Both the position numbers and the translations under genes were made by a program. A stretch of 63,408 nt of DNA, filler included, from Phoronis australis (lineage: Eukaryota; Animalia; Phoronida): assembly GCA_002633005.1 (NCBI GenBank). It is 4 parts of 4 records of this genome, joined end to end, with 100 filler letters (N's around TTAATTAATTAA, not from the genome) between each part and the next. Parts side by side here need not be neighbours in the genome. Positions count along the whole stretch, not along the records: positions 56,105 to 63,408 come from NMRA01002038.1; 3 more parts are not named here. One strand, 5' to 3'. Shown here piece after piece: positions 62,665-63,408 of the stretch (position 1 is its first letter; each line of letters starts with the position of its first letter). The notes below the pieces were generated by a model. It saw nothing but the letters and a program-made list of their open reading frames with translations. It had not been told where the DNA came from and searched no databases.

Positions 62665-63408
62665 CTATGGGTGATCATGGGGCATAACTATAGTCCTTGA
62701 ATCATCCTGAAATGTGCGGGGAGGAAGTTTACTAATATGGAGAGGACTGGAGCCAGTTGCAATGAGAAAATGGTCCAGCATTCTCTCAGTACACTGGGCA
62801 ATGAACCTGATGAACGGCCTTACATCACCATCATTTGCTGTCTCTAGATGCTGGTAGTACTTGTGCTTCTCTTCAACGCGTATAATGACAGGCACGTAAC
62901 CTGCATTCATGAGTATGAGATTCATCAATAGGCGAGATGTCCTCCCATTGCCGTCATAAAAGGGGTGTATATAAACAAGTTTATAGTGAGCAAGCGCGGC
63001 ATACTCAATAGCGTGAAGTGAGAGAGCCTCTTCAGAGTTCAGCCATGAGACAAACTCTTCCATTAATGGTTCGACTAAAGTAGGCTTGGGGGGCATGTGG
63101 TTCCCTACGAATACCTGAGTACTGCGCATCTTACCAGCCTCGACAGGATCACAGTAGCCAAGGACACGGCGGTGTATCTCTAAAATGTCCTCCAGTTTAA
63201 TGTTGCCAATGCGGTGAATCAATGTTTTGTTGATAAAACTGATGACAGCGTCCACTCCGAGGATCTCGTTGTGTTCCACGATGCTCTTGCCAGCAATCGC
63301 CATCTGTGTTTCAACAACGGAACGTGCTTGTGATAGCAACTGTATGATATATATGATGATAGTAACTCTCTTTTATAGCTCGCCTAAAGGCAGGATGGTT
63401 TTCAGGCA
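62665..63408 (-). CDS. FICD: protein adenylyltransferase FICD/HYPE, C-terminal FIC-domain exon (5' part outside window; apparent frameshifting deletion near 63335)
   Basis: [27 protein letters not shown]...[33 protein letters not shown]...[14 protein letters not shown] is near-identical to metazoan FICD. The upstream sequence [25 protein letters not shown] is in a different frame. Confidence 0.93.

Noticed and set aside
62665-63339. Bacterial Fic toxin or horizontal transfer
   Set aside because: The sequence matches metazoan FICD throughout, including the upstream [11 protein letters not shown] segment.

Overview
Intron-rich invertebrate (metazoan) genomic scaffold. It is a draft assembly with N-gaps and three synthetic 100-nt joins (N44-TTAATTAATTAA-N44), so adjacency across those joins is unproven. 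Genes: (1) 1.3-18.5 kb, minus strand: the 3' ~19 exons (~1000 codons) of a type I membrane protein with EGF/TSP1 repeats, a CCP (sushi) domain, a furin-site spacer, GCC2/GCC3 (ephrin-receptor-like) Cys repeats, a TM helix and a short tail. (2) 23.3-32.3 kb, plus strand: promoter, 5'UTR and the first 9 coding exons of HUWE1, cut off at a join. (3) An orphan kringle exon at 37.5 kb. (4) 62.7-63.4 kb, minus strand: the FIC-domain exon of FICD/HYPE, in which the autoinhibitory EGN motif is missing and the frame shifts. The rest is mostly decayed transposons: a LINE, AcademX, a Helentron-type non-autonomous element carrying two tandem 920-bp inserts, Sola3-like relics, a Kolobok-like relic with a P2X7-ballast-like second gene, a THAP relic, and Penelope-type hammerhead-like motifs. 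All calls were made by eye; no database searches were run.
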